DNA of 63,827 nt, the filler included, from Octopus bimaculoides (Eukaryota): assembly GCF_001194135.2 (NCBI RefSeq). It is 5 parts of 5 records of this genome, joined end to end, with 100 filler letters (N's around TTAATTAATTAA, not from the genome) between each part and the next. Parts side by side here need not be neighbours in the genome. Positions count along the whole stretch, not along the records: positions 10,787 to 16,402 come from NC_068995.1; positions 16,503 to 45,576 come from NW_026435294.1; 3 more parts are not named here. One strand, 5' to 3'. The translations under genes and the position numbers were made by a program. Each line of letters begins with the position of its first letter. Position 1 is the first letter of the stretch. Below the pieces are notes generated by a model. That model had not been told where the DNA came from. It made no database searches and saw only the letters and a list, made by a program, of their open reading frames with translations. This document shows, piece by piece, positions 13,985 through 28,840 of this stretch.

Positions 13985-15500
13985 AAACCGGTATCGCTAG
14001 CCCGTCCATACATTTGATTTTGCCTCTCTTCGCAAACACACCACACTTTTTTCAGTCCGAACTCCATTCTGATATCAGCACTGAAAGTATACACCGTATC
14101 AACGAGGCAACTGACTTGGGCTTCATCTTTACCATAAAGTTTGAGGTCATCCATGCTGTCAGGTCCGTCCTCCAATTCTCCATACTTTTTCCAAGCAATC
14201 GCTCAACATTTGATGCAATACCAAATACGTTTATACATTCCATGATCCAAGAGTGTGGGATCATATCGTACGCCTTACGATAGTCCGTCCATGACATGGC
14301 TAAGTTACTTTTCCTCCTCTTGCAGTCTCTAAGTACAGTTTTGTCTATCAGAAGTTGATCCACTTACGCTTGCAGCCCTTCTGCTCATGTGGCAGGACTC
14401 CATTTTTTCCAGATGTTCGTACATTGACTTTGCAAGTATTCCAGTCAATCATTTCCACATAAGTGGCAAACAGGATATCGGCCTGTAATTGTCTACCGTA
14501 TTGCCTTTTCCGATGGTTTTCGAACACAGCACTGTCCTACCCATTGTCAACCACTCTGGTGTTGCTTGGTCGGCATTTAACAAGGCGTTGAGTTGCACAG
14601 CTATTCGTATATGACATTCACTAAATCTTTTGATCCAGTAGCCTTGAACACCATCTGGTCCCGGGGCCTTCCAGTTGCTAACTTTTTTGCTGATTTTCTT
14701 CACTTCTCTAACTGAAATGACTTAGTTCTGCCTGTTTGGAGCAGACTACTGCTTTTTTTCTGTTCTTGCAACCATTCAGCATCCTTCTTGTGCTCCTTAT
14801 CTTTTCTCCAGATGTCACTCCAAAACCTTTGACTTTCCTTGTTATCTGGTATCAACGTTTCATCTGTACACTCTCTATTTACTTCTTTATAGAGTCTCTT
14901 CTGATCTACTCTGAATAACCTATTCTGGTGGTAACCCTTCATTCTTTGGTCTTATCTTACCATCTTTGTTTTCTTTGCAACGAGGCGCTGTTTCAGTTCC
15001 TCCATTAGTAAGTTCAGTTCTTCATTAGTAAGTTCAGTTCCTCTATTAGTAAGTTCTGCATTTTCATCGTTATTTCTGCTGCTATTTTCCAAGACCCGTC
15101 TTTTGATAGCTTCGAGCTCAACTTCTGTGAACCAACGATTTCTTCTTATTTCTCTGTTCTGTGAGTTGAAACAATCCCTTTTCCCTCCAATGATCATACA
15201 TACGTTGTCGGTAACTCCTAATTTGAGCATCATTTTCATCTACCGGGTTGCTCAGGTACTAATACTCCATGATCACAGCATTAATTTGCTTGCTCCATCT
15301 ACGCCGTGTGTTGTCGTCCCTTTCTGGATATCGACAGGCTCTAGCCGGACCAGAATCTCTGAGCCTGCCGGGTGGAACACTGTCACCATGAATGGCTTCA
15401 GTTTCATTACCACTGTTATTCACTATATTTTGTATTTTCCTTGTCACTCATATGAGGTAGCACAATTACCAGTGTTTTTATTGTGACACCATCACTGGAT
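13985..15500 (-). mobile_element. R4/Dong-type LINE, N-terminus and RT, frameshifted and internally deleted
   Basis: [69 protein letters not shown]. Confidence 0.92.
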
Positions 15501-15891
15501 GTGTCATTAATTAGGGCATGGAGAGGCTCCACCCGCTTCCTTTCATTATTATTATTATTACCAACACTGATATCACTGATATTATTGTTTCTATTTTCTT
15601 ACTATTTGTCATTATTATATTAACAGACTCAGAGGTTACACAGGCCTATGCAGGGCAGGGGTGGCACCAATTTCCAGCGCTATTCACATGGACAGCCACT
15701 TAGAAAATTACACTGTTTGCTTTGGCCTTCCTCAGCGATGTTCTGTCATGCTGAAAGACGTTCCAGAGAGTCGATTGTTCACTTGTAATCTTCTTCAGTG
15801 AACAGGCTCTTCTTCAGTCTTCTATCGCCGTTGTCAATTACTGCCTTTATTGTCGTAATTGTTTTATCTATGTGTAGTAGCAGCAGTGGTG

Positions 15892-15922
<31 letters not shown>

Positions 15923-16402
15923 TGGGGGTAGTGGTAGTTGGGTCTCAGATTCCTGTGCTATCAGAATAGCAGTAGTTGTAGTATTAGCAACTGCAACATA
16001 TTATCATTATTTTTATTTTTATCATTATCACCATCACCACCACTACTATTGTTATTATCATTATTACTATTTCCATTTATTATTAAAAGATTTTATTAAA
16101 TGTTCTTTATTTTCAACTTCTGTACTTGAGATAATCGTAAATATGTGGTTGTTGAAGGAAACAGTTGGGGAAGAGTAGCAGCTTGGTGAATAGAACAAAT
16201 TCTACAGGTCTATAAATAGATTCGGCAGATGGTGGGGAGGTCAGCCATAGAGACAAAAGAATCTTCGCACCCTTTGGGTCAGCAGAGGTCAAATGTGTTT
16301 ACTACTACCAGCGACTACTGAGACCGCTGCCCTTGGCCTTGAAAAGAAGCAATTCAACCTGTTCTATTTGTAATTACTGGTAAAAAAAACAATTATATAT
16401 AT

Positions 16403-16502
16403 NNNNNNNNNNNNNNNNNNNNNNNNNNNNNNNNNNNNNNNNNNNNTTAATTAATTAANNNNNNNNNNNNNNNNNNNNNNNNNNNNNNNNNNNNNNNNNN
16501 NN
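16403..16502. other. Artificial scaffold spacer N44-TTAATTAATTAA-N44
   Basis: Linker at 16447-16458. Confidence 0.95.
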
Positions 16503-16724
16503 GAGATATATAGGCAATTACACACAGATATACATGTATAATTATGTCATAATGCATCTTATCATATTATATAAGCATATATGTTTTTTAATATTCTGTA
16601 TGACTTGAGATCATTAATATTGCTTATATTGTGTATGTAACACTTACACACCATAGTCTTGTTGTTTCTCCCCCATACCCATCTGTCTGTCACTAATCAA
16701 TGTCATGTATTGTATATTTTGCAG

Positions 16725-16836
16725 GGTTGTAGAACGAGCCAACCCATTTTTTGTTCTACAGCGAAGGAAAGGCTATGGAGGTGGTGGAATCACTGGATTA
16801 TTGGTTGGAACTCTGGACACTGTGTTAGACAATAAG
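16725..16836 (+). CDS. TBC1D9: TBC1D9-family exon (W)[37 protein letters not shown]
   Basis: Acceptor ttttgcag at 16724; donor AAG|GTTTTT (weak); 1+37x3 nt. Confidence 0.92.
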
Positions 16837-19770
16837 GTTTTTGCAACTTCTTTTCTACTGCATTGTCTCTGCTACATGTGTTTAGATATTTCCTGCAGAA
16901 AGGAATGATCAATTAGCAATGTTCTGACTAACTTCCATTGTCACATTGCTTGTTAGTCTTGGAGAATATATCTGGCTGAGTTTTGTGATTGTATCAGATG
17001 AACAGTTAAATGGTCATCCTTGTTATGTTCAGTGTTTTTTTTATAGTCAAAACACTGAGGCGTCATTGATATCTGCCTTGTCAGGTACAGTGTGATTAGG
17101 CTGGACCTTTGAATTACAAGTGCAATCCATCCAATGAGCTTTAAAGTTTGTTTGCCCCAGTTCGTTTCACAAGGTTTTGGCTAACCCAAGGCTAGGTGAA
17201 GATACTTGCACAAGACATCAGACCATGCTAAACAGCCATTTTCACACATTCTGATTTAATCTGATTTTTCTACTATTTACATTTTTTTTTCCTTTCCAGA
17301 CTCCACCCTACAGAATTCTTCACCAAACAACAAATTCAGAAGTCAGCTACAGTAAGTTACTTTCAAGTACTTGATGTTTTTGGTGGTAACTGCTACATGT
17401 ATATGCATATATAATCACATACACCTGCATTAACTTGTGGCTACAATGATATATTTGACTTGTCTTTCAGCTGTGGCTATAGCTAACAATAAGAAAGAGA
17501 TTCACAGAGACTGGGAATGGTTAGAGCAACATATGTTAGTTACCTTAGGTAAGTTATTGGTTTCTGTATTTTTTATCCATTTAAATAATTATTTATGATT
17601 TCTTGTCGGCTGTATATTTATTTCTTGTGGGCTGTATATTTAGGTTTCATGATGGCTAGACTGTGTATTGATCGCCACCACACACTACTTATAATGTAGA
17701 AGATGTGCTGGAGCAATAAACACCAAGGACACATGGGAGATAGATTTTCATGAATATCCATGAGAATCCCCAGACGTAGTAAATACTTCCTCTTACCTAG
17801 TAACCTAATTAGCAGTGGAGAAGGATGTTCTGAAAGTATAGTTTCCAGAATAAGAATAGGATAGAGTAAGTTTAGAAAGCTATTGGATCTGTAGGCAATA
17901 GAAGAATTCCCCCCTCTGTGTAAAAATCAGATTTTGTGATACTCATGTGCAAACGGCAATGCTACGTAATAATGAAATACAGCCTTGAATGTATGAAAAC
18001 TAGAAAGGAACGAAGCTAGTATACTCTGTTGGGATGTGCAACATCAGTGTGCATGTAGGACAAAGCTCAAATATGTTGAGAGAAAAATTAAGCATAAGAG
18101 GAATCAGATGTGTGCAACAGAGAAAACTGCAATGGTGTGGTCATATGATGCATATGTATGAGGACAGCTATATAAAGTAGTCTCGATTCCTTAAGGTAGA
18201 TGAAACTTGTGGAAAAGACAGGCTCAGGAAACTGTAGGACAAGTAGTGAAGGCTGATCACAAGATGCTAAGTGTCACAAAGGACCAAGAAGAATGGTGAT
18301 TAACTGTGCTCCAAAAAACTTGTCTGTCTCAGTGAAAGTGAGGTCCTGAAAGTTTTATGCCTGTTCATTCTGGGCCCTGCATCCAATCTCCTCATCTCAT
18401 CTTCCTAACACCTATCCCTCCATCACTCTTCTAAAACACCATTCAGCTGCATTAATCATCTGAAAGTAGAGTCAACACATATTTCATTCCTCTTTTTTGT
18501 TTTACCAGTTACCTCCTCTCTCACTGGAACCACTTCCTTTTAAACTTCATCTCTTGTTGTCATTATCATCCCTTGCCACACTATTTCTTACCAGTGAAGT
18601 TTCTCTGTTGCAAAAACATGATAATATGATGATGATGGTGGCAGCAGTGGTGATGATGATGATCATTATTGCTTTTACTTTGAAGTCAGTAGCATGGCAG
18701 AAACAGTAGAACAGAAATCATACATATATCTTGCAGTATGTATTTGCATGCTAGCTAAAGTTTATATTGTCTTTCATATCAAGGTTGATAAAATATATAA
18801 CTGTAACGTGTTGGAGTCTGATTAATTAACGGTATTTATTCCTTGTAGATTTGGGGTCTTGGACCAATGGCAAAATCAGTTCTGCTGCATGCAAATGAAT
18901 TAATGTTATTATCATAAATTATTGTCATAAATATTGGCGAACTAGCAAGATTGTTAGAGCTTCAACAAAATGCTTTGCAGTGGTTTCTCTAGCTCCTTAC
19001 ATTCTGAGTTCAAATAATCTCACAGGTCAATTTTGTCTTTCATTGTTTCATAGTTGACAAAATAAAGTATTGGTGAAGTACTTAGATCAATGTAATCAAT
19101 TAACCACCCTCAAAGTTGCTGGCCATATAGCTAAATTAGAGACTGTTGTTGTTATTGTTGTGGCTACTAGAGCAGTGAATATGTAAACCAGTAGAGCAGT
19201 TGCTGAAATGATGCCATGTGGTATTTGGTTATTTACCTTTTGTTCAAATGCTGCTTTTGTGAATTTAAAATTAAATACCAGTTGAGTACTGGCATAGATA
19301 TAGTTAACTGTATCCCCTCCTCCACTCTCCCTTTATTATTTGTTAGAAAACATCATTTTAATTGTTATTATTGTTGTTGCTGCTGTAGTAGAGTGGCAGC
19401 ATCATTAGAACATAGGAGGAAATGCTTTGTAGTATTTGCTCCAACTGTGTACATTCTGAGTTTAAATCCCAGTGAAGTAAACTTTGCTTTCACCCCTCCA
19501 ACATAGATAAAGTACCAGTCAAATACTGGGATAATTTAAACAACAAATCCTCTCCACTCAAAATGACGAGTCTTTCAGCTTAAATTAGAAGCATTATTAT
19601 AATTGCAAATGTTCAATTTTTGCAGGTGCATTTGAAAATGAAGAAGATGCCACAGAGTTTGTCAAATGTAAAGTGGAAAGCATTCTTGCCAACAGAGACA
19701 ACTCCAAAGATGGTAATAGTCTTCCAATGTTTCTTATTAGCAATTGCTTCTGAAGAATGTTAGAAAATTC

Positions 19771-19815
<45 letters not shown>

Positions 19816-19940
19816 GTGTGTGTGTATGTATGTATATATGTGTATGTATTTATGTGTATGTATATATGTATGTATATGTATATATGTATATGTATATATA
19901 TATGTGTGTGTGTGTGTGTGTATATATATGTATGTGTATT

Positions 19941-19973
<33 letters not shown>

Positions 19974-22900
19974 ATTTATATATATGTATGTATATATATG
20001 TATTTATGTATGTATATATATATAAATGCCTAATTCTTTGGCTAAATATCTACAGAATGTATGTGCACTTGTGATTTTTGCACCTTTTTCTCAACCTTTT
20101 AGTATATTTTAAGAAAGGAGAAAAATCCCTTTTATTGTACACTAGTTTTTGCAGGATAATTCAGCTGCTGTTTTATTATATTTAAGTAGTAAATTATTGT
20201 TTGTTTTAAATATTTCCAGTTGATGATGAAACGGAGAGATTTAAAGCTGCCACTCGGAAGTTCCATAAACTTTTCAACATGCCCAAGGAAGAAAAACTGG
20301 TCAATTGTAAGTGTAGTTTATTTAATATAATCCAATGTTGTTCCAGATTAGTCTGGTTTCTGTAACTCACTCCAATGATGTTGGTGTATAATCTAGTTCG
20401 TGCAATGTATTTGTTCTGTTGTTATATGTATATAATAATTTGATGTTTGATTAGTTACTGTTTAATGTGTAAAAAATCCAAAGGGAAGGAGAAAGATTAT
20501 ATTTGGATAGCTTTTGTAGTATTATCAGTAATATATATCCAGCTGTTATTTTAGGTTAGTCTATACAGTATGTATATGACATTCATGAGATGGCTTGTAT
20601 GGGACATTTGTGTCATGACATATATGTATGCGTGTGTGTATGTATATATATCATCATCATCATTTAACATCAGCTTTCCATGCTGGCATGGGTTGGATGG
20701 TTTGACTGAAGACTGGCAAGCCAGGAGGCTGCACCAGGCTCCAATCTGATCTGGCAGAGTTTCTACAGCTGGATGCCCTTCCTAATGCCAACCACTCTGA
20801 GAGTGTAGTGGGTGCTTTTTACGTGCAGCTGGCATGGGGCAGGGGCGCAGTCAGGCAGCACTGGCATTGACCACGCTCAAATGGGGCTTTTTACATGCCA
20901 CCAGCACAGATGCCAGTCAGGCAGCATTGGCATTGGTCATGGCTACGATTTCACCAGGTCTTCTCAAGTACAGTATATTGCTTGACAATTCAAGGGTACT
21001 TTTAAATGGGCTGGTTACGTGACACTGGCATCGGCCACGGCTATGATCTCACTTAACTTGCTGGGTCTTCTCAAGCACAGCATGTCTCCAAAGTTCTTGG
21101 TGGCTTGTCATTGCCTCTATGAGGCCCAACGTCTGAAGGTCGTGTTTCAGCACTTTATCCCATGTCTTCCTGGATCTACCCTTCACACAACTGTCCTCAT
21201 CCATACGCAGCACATGGCCATACTAATGCAATCATCTCTCTTGCACACCACATCTGATGCTTCTTATGTCCAACTTTTGTCTCATAGCAGTTTCACTATG
21301 TCATGTTTGCACACTGACATTATACATCGAGCGGAACATACTAGCTTCATTTCTTTCAAGCCTACGCATATCCTCAACAGTCATGGCCCATGTTTCATTG
21401 CCGTGTTTTCGCTAGATTGACTCTAAGGCCCTTTGATTCTAGACCTTGCTTCAACACCTGAAATTTCTTCTCTAGTTCTGGTAGTGATTCAACTATTAGA
21501 GCAAAGTCATCAGTATAGAGGAGCTCCCAGGGGCAACCTGTATTGAATTCCTCTGTTATTGCTTGGAGGACTATGATAAATAAGAGGGGGCTGAGGACTG
21601 ATCTTTGGTGAACTCCTACTTCTACCAGAATTCTTCACTCCACGCATTGCCAACCCTCACCTTACTGACAGCATCCCTGTACATGATTTGTACAGCACTC
21701 ACGAACCACTCATTTATCCCTATTTTCCACATTGACTACCAGATAAGGGATGGAAGACCCTGTCAAATGCTTTCTCCATGTCAATGAATGCCAAGTAGAG
21801 AAGTTTATCTTTGGCTAGGAATTTCTTCTGCAGCTGTCTCACCAGAAATATAGTGTCAGTGGTGTTTCTCCTTGGCACACACCCAAACTGCAATCATCTA
21901 AACTAACTCTTTCCCTAATTAGTTGGGCTATGACCGTCTCTGTAACTTTCATCACCTGATCCAACAGTTTGATACCTCTGTAATTATTTGTATCTTATGC
22001 ATCACCTTTACCTTTGTAGCAGTCAACTATGGTTCTACTACACCAGTCATTGGGTATAACTCCTTCATGTATCACCTGGTTGACTATAGCCTACACCACC
22101 AGATATTTTAAGCATCTCAGCAGTGATCCCTGATGGGCCAGGGACTTTCCATGTCTTCATATCCTTAATTGCTTTATCTACCAAGGTACTGTCAATTCAA
22201 ATAGCTGGTGCTGCCGTTGGGTCGACATTTAGCAGACTCTCTTTCTCCCATTCATTCTCTTTATTAAGCAACTTTTCATAGTGGCATCTCCAAGTGTCTC
22301 TCTTTGCAGCATCATTAGATGCAAGTGAGCCATCATCCTTGTGGACACATTTCTCTCCTATGACATCATGATTCTCTCTCACATATTGTCTTGCAATACA
22401 AAACACTTCAAGTCCCTGGTCCTCATTATGCAGAACATAAGCATATTTTTTCTTATCTGCTTCCCCTCTGGCTTAGTAAACTTGTCTCCTAGCTTCCCTT
22501 CTGGCGACCTGATACAGTTCCCTGTTACCACCACACTTCCAGTCCTTCCATGCCTGTTTCTTTTCCCTAATGGCCCTGTCAACTACATTGTTCCAGCACT
22601 ACATTACCTTAGGTCAAGAGGGGTCTTTGCACCAGTCATAAATCTGGTCAGTAGCCCTCGGCAGGTTGTCCCATAGGAACCTCCAGTTGTCCTCCACATT
22701 ATGTGAGGCTATATCCTCCTCTTTTTCATCAAAAGATTCAAGTAATATCTGTCCATTCAGAGAATCCTTAAATTTTCAGACCCTTCTTTTCCATGCTGGT
22801 CGTCTTCTGGGCAGCCATTTAGCCCTGATCCTGAAGTTGCTAACTATTAACCTATGTTGTGGGGTGCATTCTTCATCTGGGAAAAGTTTTGGCATTTATA

Positions 22901-23498
22901 AGTAGCCATCTTTCTTGTTTCCTGGCGAGAATGTAGTCAATTTGACTAGTGTGCCCACTAGATTGGTAGGTGAACAAGTGATAGGCAGGTTTCCTGAAGT
23001 TAGTATTACAGATCATAAGATCATTTGCATCAAGAACTCCAGGAGCCTGGTTCCCTACTAATTGCGGGAACCAGATCCATTGCCACCATGTACACCATGG
23101 AAGCTTCCTGGATGTTGTTCAACATGCCCATTGAAGTTGCCAGCCACAAAGAGAAGGTCTCTGTCATTTGTTGACAAGGTAGTCTGCAAGAAGGTGTCAT
23201 AAAATTGTTCTTTCTGTTCATCAGGTAGCCCTGGCTGAGGGGTATAGACCGAGATAATGGCTGCTAATTCATGTTGCAGCACTAGTCTAAGCTTAAGTAT
23301 TCTATCACAGACTCTGACTACCTCCATTACCTTATGAACCATTTCTCCACAAGGAGTATACCCACGCCCTCAACCGCATCAGTGTTCCCTACTCAGAAAC
23401 TCTTATACCTATGTTCTTTGCCTGTGAGGAACGTAGCAGAGCTTCCTCTCCACCTTACTTCTTGGATGCAGCACAAATCTACATATCCCCATTCAAGC

Positions 23499-23542
<44 letters not shown>

Positions 23543-26500
23543 ACATAACATAATGTATAATGGCTTGTGTGTGACATTTTATTTCATATCATGTATATGA
23601 TATTTTGTCATCGTGTGTGTGTGTGACATTTGTTTCATGGTTTCTGTGTGTCATTTATGTTGTGGCATGCATGTGACATTTCTGTCAGGTATGTTTTTTT
23701 TTTATATTCTGGTGTTGGATAAATAATTTAACAAAGCTGGGGGAAAGAATGTATTCACATGATGCACTATGATTACTGTTACATGAGGCTCTCTGTCAAT
23801 TGCTCAAAATCAATTGCTGCTGTCAACTTGACAGTTCTTTATTTTATTGAAACGTGTCAATCCACTTTTAGTTACATGGGGGTGGTTGGAATCCTTCCAC
23901 AATAGTTTCCTGTGTACCTCACTTCATACAGCTGGGCTATTTAGTAGATCATCTGGGAATGTTAATTGTTATAAACTCATAACCTAGTCAGAAATTGATT
24001 TAGCTTTCATTTCAGATAAAACAGAAATAAGTATTGAGCCTTAAATCTCTTTGAAGTGTGAAAGTTATTGACATTACTTAAAATACACTTTGATTCATGT
24101 ATCATGTGCATGTACATATAAATCATCATTTAATGTCCATTTTCCAAGCTGGCATGGATCGAATGGTATCACAGGATCCAACAAGCCAAAGGATTGCACC
24201 AACCCCAGTGTTTGCTTTGGCGTGGTTTCTTGGGCTGGATATCCTTCCAAATGCCAACTACTTCACAGACTGTTCTGGGTGCTTCTCATGTGGCACTATT
24301 ACAAGTGAAGTTGTGTGTGTGTGTGTGGTCCAACAATCTAGTGAATATGGACATTTGCTAGAAGAGACTTTGTTTGAAAAGAATATTTTGAAATGCAATT
24401 AATCTGAATTTTATTTGCCAAAAATGTGCTATGAGAGTCAGGCAAGGGAGTGATAGGCACTCGTGTGGTGTGGTGGATGTAGTAGATACAGCATTGGAGT
24501 GGTGGCTATTGGTGGGCATTGCAGTAGAGTAGTGTGGTAATGAGAGCAGTGATGCATCGAATTATTGGATGTAGTAGAGAAAAGCAGTGTGATACATACA
24601 GTAGCACTGTGGGGAATATGAAAGAACAGTGGTGTGGTAAACATGGGAATGAAGCAGTGGTATCATGGATACATTTTTTTGAAGTTCTTATTTTAATCAG
24701 TTCAAATCAACCATAACTTTATAGCTGCTAAAATTAGAATAGACTGAACAAAGTTCAGAGAGCTTCTACCTTTGTTGGAACAAAGGTTCTCTCCCTCAGA
24801 GTGAAAGGTAGATTATATGAACAACCATGTGTATGAACAACCATGCTACATGGCAGTGAAACATGGGCTGTGACTGCAGAAGACACATGAAGACTTGAAA
24901 GAAATGAATTCACAATGCCACTGTATGTGTACGACTGTGTGTTTTAAGAGAAGGATTGGGTATAAGATGTGTGCAAGAGATAAGACTGCACTGTTATAGC
25001 CATGTGATGAATATGGATGAGGACAGCTGTAAAGAAGTGCTGATCTCTAATTGCGAAGGGAACCTGTGGAAAGGGTAGATCCAGGAAGATGTGGGATGAG
25101 GTAGTAAAATATGATTTTCAGTTGTTGGGCCTTACAGAGGCAATGACAAATTATGACACTTCTGGTGATTTGCTGTGCTTGGGAAGATATGTCAAGTTAA
25201 GTGAATCGTGATCATGCCTAGTGCTGGTGGCACGTAAAAGGAACCCAGGCTGGTGATGTAAAGGCATCCATGCCAGTGACACAAAAAACACCCAGTACAC
25301 TCTGTAGAGTGGTTGGTGTTAGGAAGGGCATATAGTCATAGAAACCAAGCCAAAACAAATGACCAGAGCTTGGTGCAGCTCTTTGGCTTACCAGCTCCAG
25401 TCAAATTGTCTAACCCATGTCAGCATGGAAAATGGATATTAAATGATGATGACGATGTGTCTAGTAACTCTAATGCTGATAAAATAAACAGCAGTAATCT
25501 ATATTGTATTAGGATCAATTTAGTGTCCTTTTGTCAAAGTTAGAACTCATCAATGTTAAAAGTATCTCATAAGTGCTACATCTCTGAGTATTTTAGCATC
25601 TATCATGCCATGTTTTATGAATGACCAACTACTTGTCTCTGTTATTTCATTCTAACTCTTCTCTTTCATTTTCCCAGACTATTCCTGTAGTTACTGGAAA
25701 GGCAAAGTTCCACGGCAGGGATGGATGTACTTGAGCATCAATCATATTTCTTTCTACTCCTACCTGATGGGAAAGGAAGCCAAGTTGATTATTCGGTGGA
25801 CAGATGTCACGGTAACTCAATTCTTTACTTTCATATTTTGTGTGTGTGTGTGTGCACATGCACTGAAATGCAGAGAATTGTTTTCTGTTTTTGTTATTTT
25901 TTAAATTCATGCTACATATTGAAGCTGTTTAGCCTCATGTTAACCCTAATTGAGCAGAACTGTGGTCAAAGGCAGGGTCATCCTGTCATCTTCTTGCACA
26001 TTGTATATCTAAGACTGCCTTATACAAAGTGTTCCTTTCATTTTTAGATTGTACAGAGATTTGGCTACTATTTCTAGCTGGTTGAAGTTTCCAGTATGTT
26101 AGCCACCTAAGTCTGAGTGCAGCTGTTTAGAAAATTTTGATATTCTCCTCCAGGGCTGGCCAACATTTGCTCATTTTTATTTTTTAAGCATTTCTTTAGA
26201 ATTTCTAATTTTCATAAATTGTTCTGTATTAAAATTGTTAACTTTAATCAAACACTGTCTTTTAGAATCATTTGTACAATTGAATTACTGTGATATATAT
26301 ATATATATANNNNNNNNNNNNNNNNNNNNNNNNNNNNNNNNNNNNNNNNNNNNNNNNNNNNNNNNNNNNNNNNNNNNNNNNNNNNNNNNNNNNNNNNNNN
26401 NNNNNNNNNNNNNNNNNNNNNNNNNNNNNNNNNNNNNNNNNNNNNNNNNNNNNNNNNNNNNNNNNNNNNNNNNNNNNNNNNNNNNNNNNNNNNNNNNNNN

Positions 26501-26878
26501 NNNNNNNNNNNNNNNNNNNNNNNNNNNNNNNNNNNNNNNNNNNNNNNNNNNNNNNNNNNNNNNNNNNNNNNNNNNNNNNNNNNNNNNNNNNNNNNNNNNN
26601 NNNNNNNNNNNNNNNNNNNNNNNNNNNNNNNNNNNNNNNNNNNNNNNNNNNNNNNNNNNNNNNNNNNNNNNNNNNNNNNNNNNNNNNNNNNNNNNNNNNN
26701 NNNNNNNNNNNNNNNNNNNNNNNNNNNNNNNNNNNNNNNNNNNNNNNNNNNNNNNNNNNNNNNNNNNNNNNNNNNNNNNNNNNNNNNNNNNNNNNNNNNN
26801 NNNNNNNNNNNNNNNNNNNNNNNNNNNNNNNNNNNNNNNNNNNNNNNNNNNNNNNNNNNNNNNNNNNNNNNNNNNNNN

Positions 26879-26939
<61 letters not shown>

Positions 26940-27947
26940 TGTCATCACTGTTTAATATCTGTATACCATGATTGAATAGTTAAAGCCTACATCAAGTTCT
27001 GTTGTCTGTTTTGGCATGGTCTCTATGGCTGGATGCCCATCCTAAGGTCACTTTACAGAGTGAATGGGATGCTTTTTATGTGGTGCTAATACCAGTGAGG
27101 TTAGCAAGTAACCCACAAGCTGTGACTCCTCAACTGAGCAGGAGAGTAGTATTCTGGGAGGTGGTTTTGTTGCCAGGTGATGAAAGGTTTAATGTATGAT
27201 AGAGGGATGAAACAGGTGTCTTGCTGTAGAGGAGATACATGGCTATCCAAGCTGGAAGAGAGATGGGGAGAGAGAAGATGATGGTAAAGATTTTTCATGA
27301 CATACCCACAAGTTACTGGGAGATGAATATTGGTTAAGTGGCACAGATGATTGGACAGGGTGAGTGGGTAGGTAAGTTTGTTAGGGTGTGGAAGAAGAGT
27401 AGGAGATAGAGGGGAATGCAATGAGTAGTGAACATGAATGGTGGGGGAAGGATGTTAGGAAGATCAGTTGGGGAAAGAGTCATCAGGGGTAGATTGTGTG
27501 CAGGGGCATCGACATAAGCTACATGCCTTTAGGGTATCATTGTTCTTATATAAGCACAGGTGTGGCTGTGTGGTACAAAGCTTGTTTCCCAACCACATGG
27601 TTCCAGGTTCAATCCCACTGCATAGCACCTTGGGCAAGTGCTTTCTACTATAGCTTTGATCCAATCAAAGCATTGTGAGTGGATTTGGTAGACGGAAACT
27701 AAAAGGCATCCATTATGTATATATTTGTGTGTGTGTCTTTGTGTCTGTGTTTGTCCTCCACCACTGCTTGACAACCAGTCTTCGTGTGTTTATGCCCCTG
27801 TAACTTAGTGATTTAGCAAATGAGGCCAATAGAATAAGTACTGCAGTCAGTTCATTTGACTAAAGATTCTTAAAGGCAGTACCCCAGCATGGCTTCAGTC
27901 TCATGACCGAAACAAGTAGAAGATGAAAGATAATATATTTTATTATA

Positions 27948-28001
<54 letters not shown>

Positions 28002-28804
28002 TATAATCTTAGTCTTAGTTCCTGCCTGTGTACCTGGAAGCAAGACATCTCAAATCATTCTGGTTCTGAGCATAGTTGTCTGCATTTTTCCAGGTGATGC
28101 TAAGTTGCTTCAGATCTTCTTTGAAGGTGGTATACCATGACTTTTTGGGTCTCTCTTCTCTTCCTTCATTCTTCTAGCGGTACCCATTGTTTAGCTGTCT
28201 TAAGTATTTCTACTGGCAGTTGGAAGACATGACCTGCAAGTCTTACTTTTCTTTCTGCCACAATCTCCTGCAGGCTGTGCAGATTAGCTCTTTTCAGGGT
28301 TTCAGTGTTTGTGATCTTGAGAGTATTCTGAATGCTTGATCTTGGCCACCAATTTTCAATGTCCCCCTGTGTCAACTGCTGTTGCCAGGACAATGCTCTG
28401 GTACAGTGGAATCTTTATGCGTTTACTAGTTGAAGTGCTGGCTCAGATCTTCTCCGTTCTTTTGAACACTACTGCCGTATGCCTAGTTCTGGAGTTGGCA
28501 TCTGACTCAGTATCCCCCTCTATAGTAATAATGTTGCCCAGGTTAGTGATGTTGGTGAAGTTTTCAACAGGTTCCTGATTCACAAAAATTTGCATCTCTC
28601 CTTTCTCCCTGGCAATTAATTCTTTTATTAAATATTTTATATTTTTATTTATTTACATAATCTATTTATTGTTTGTAGAAACTTGACCGTGGCAACAATA
28701 TGGTTTTCCCTGACAGTGTCAAGGTATCAACAAGGGAAGGAGATGTAAGTAGTCAGTTTACCTCTTTATACTTTATTCTTTGATTTTTCTCTAATTGAAG
28801 TATT

Positions 28805-28840
<36 letters not shown>

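Noticed and set aside
16143-16178. MWLLKETVGEE* as TBC1D9 exon 1
   Set aside because: Only MW matches; in-frame stop, no phase-2 donor, and it lies across an artificial spacer.
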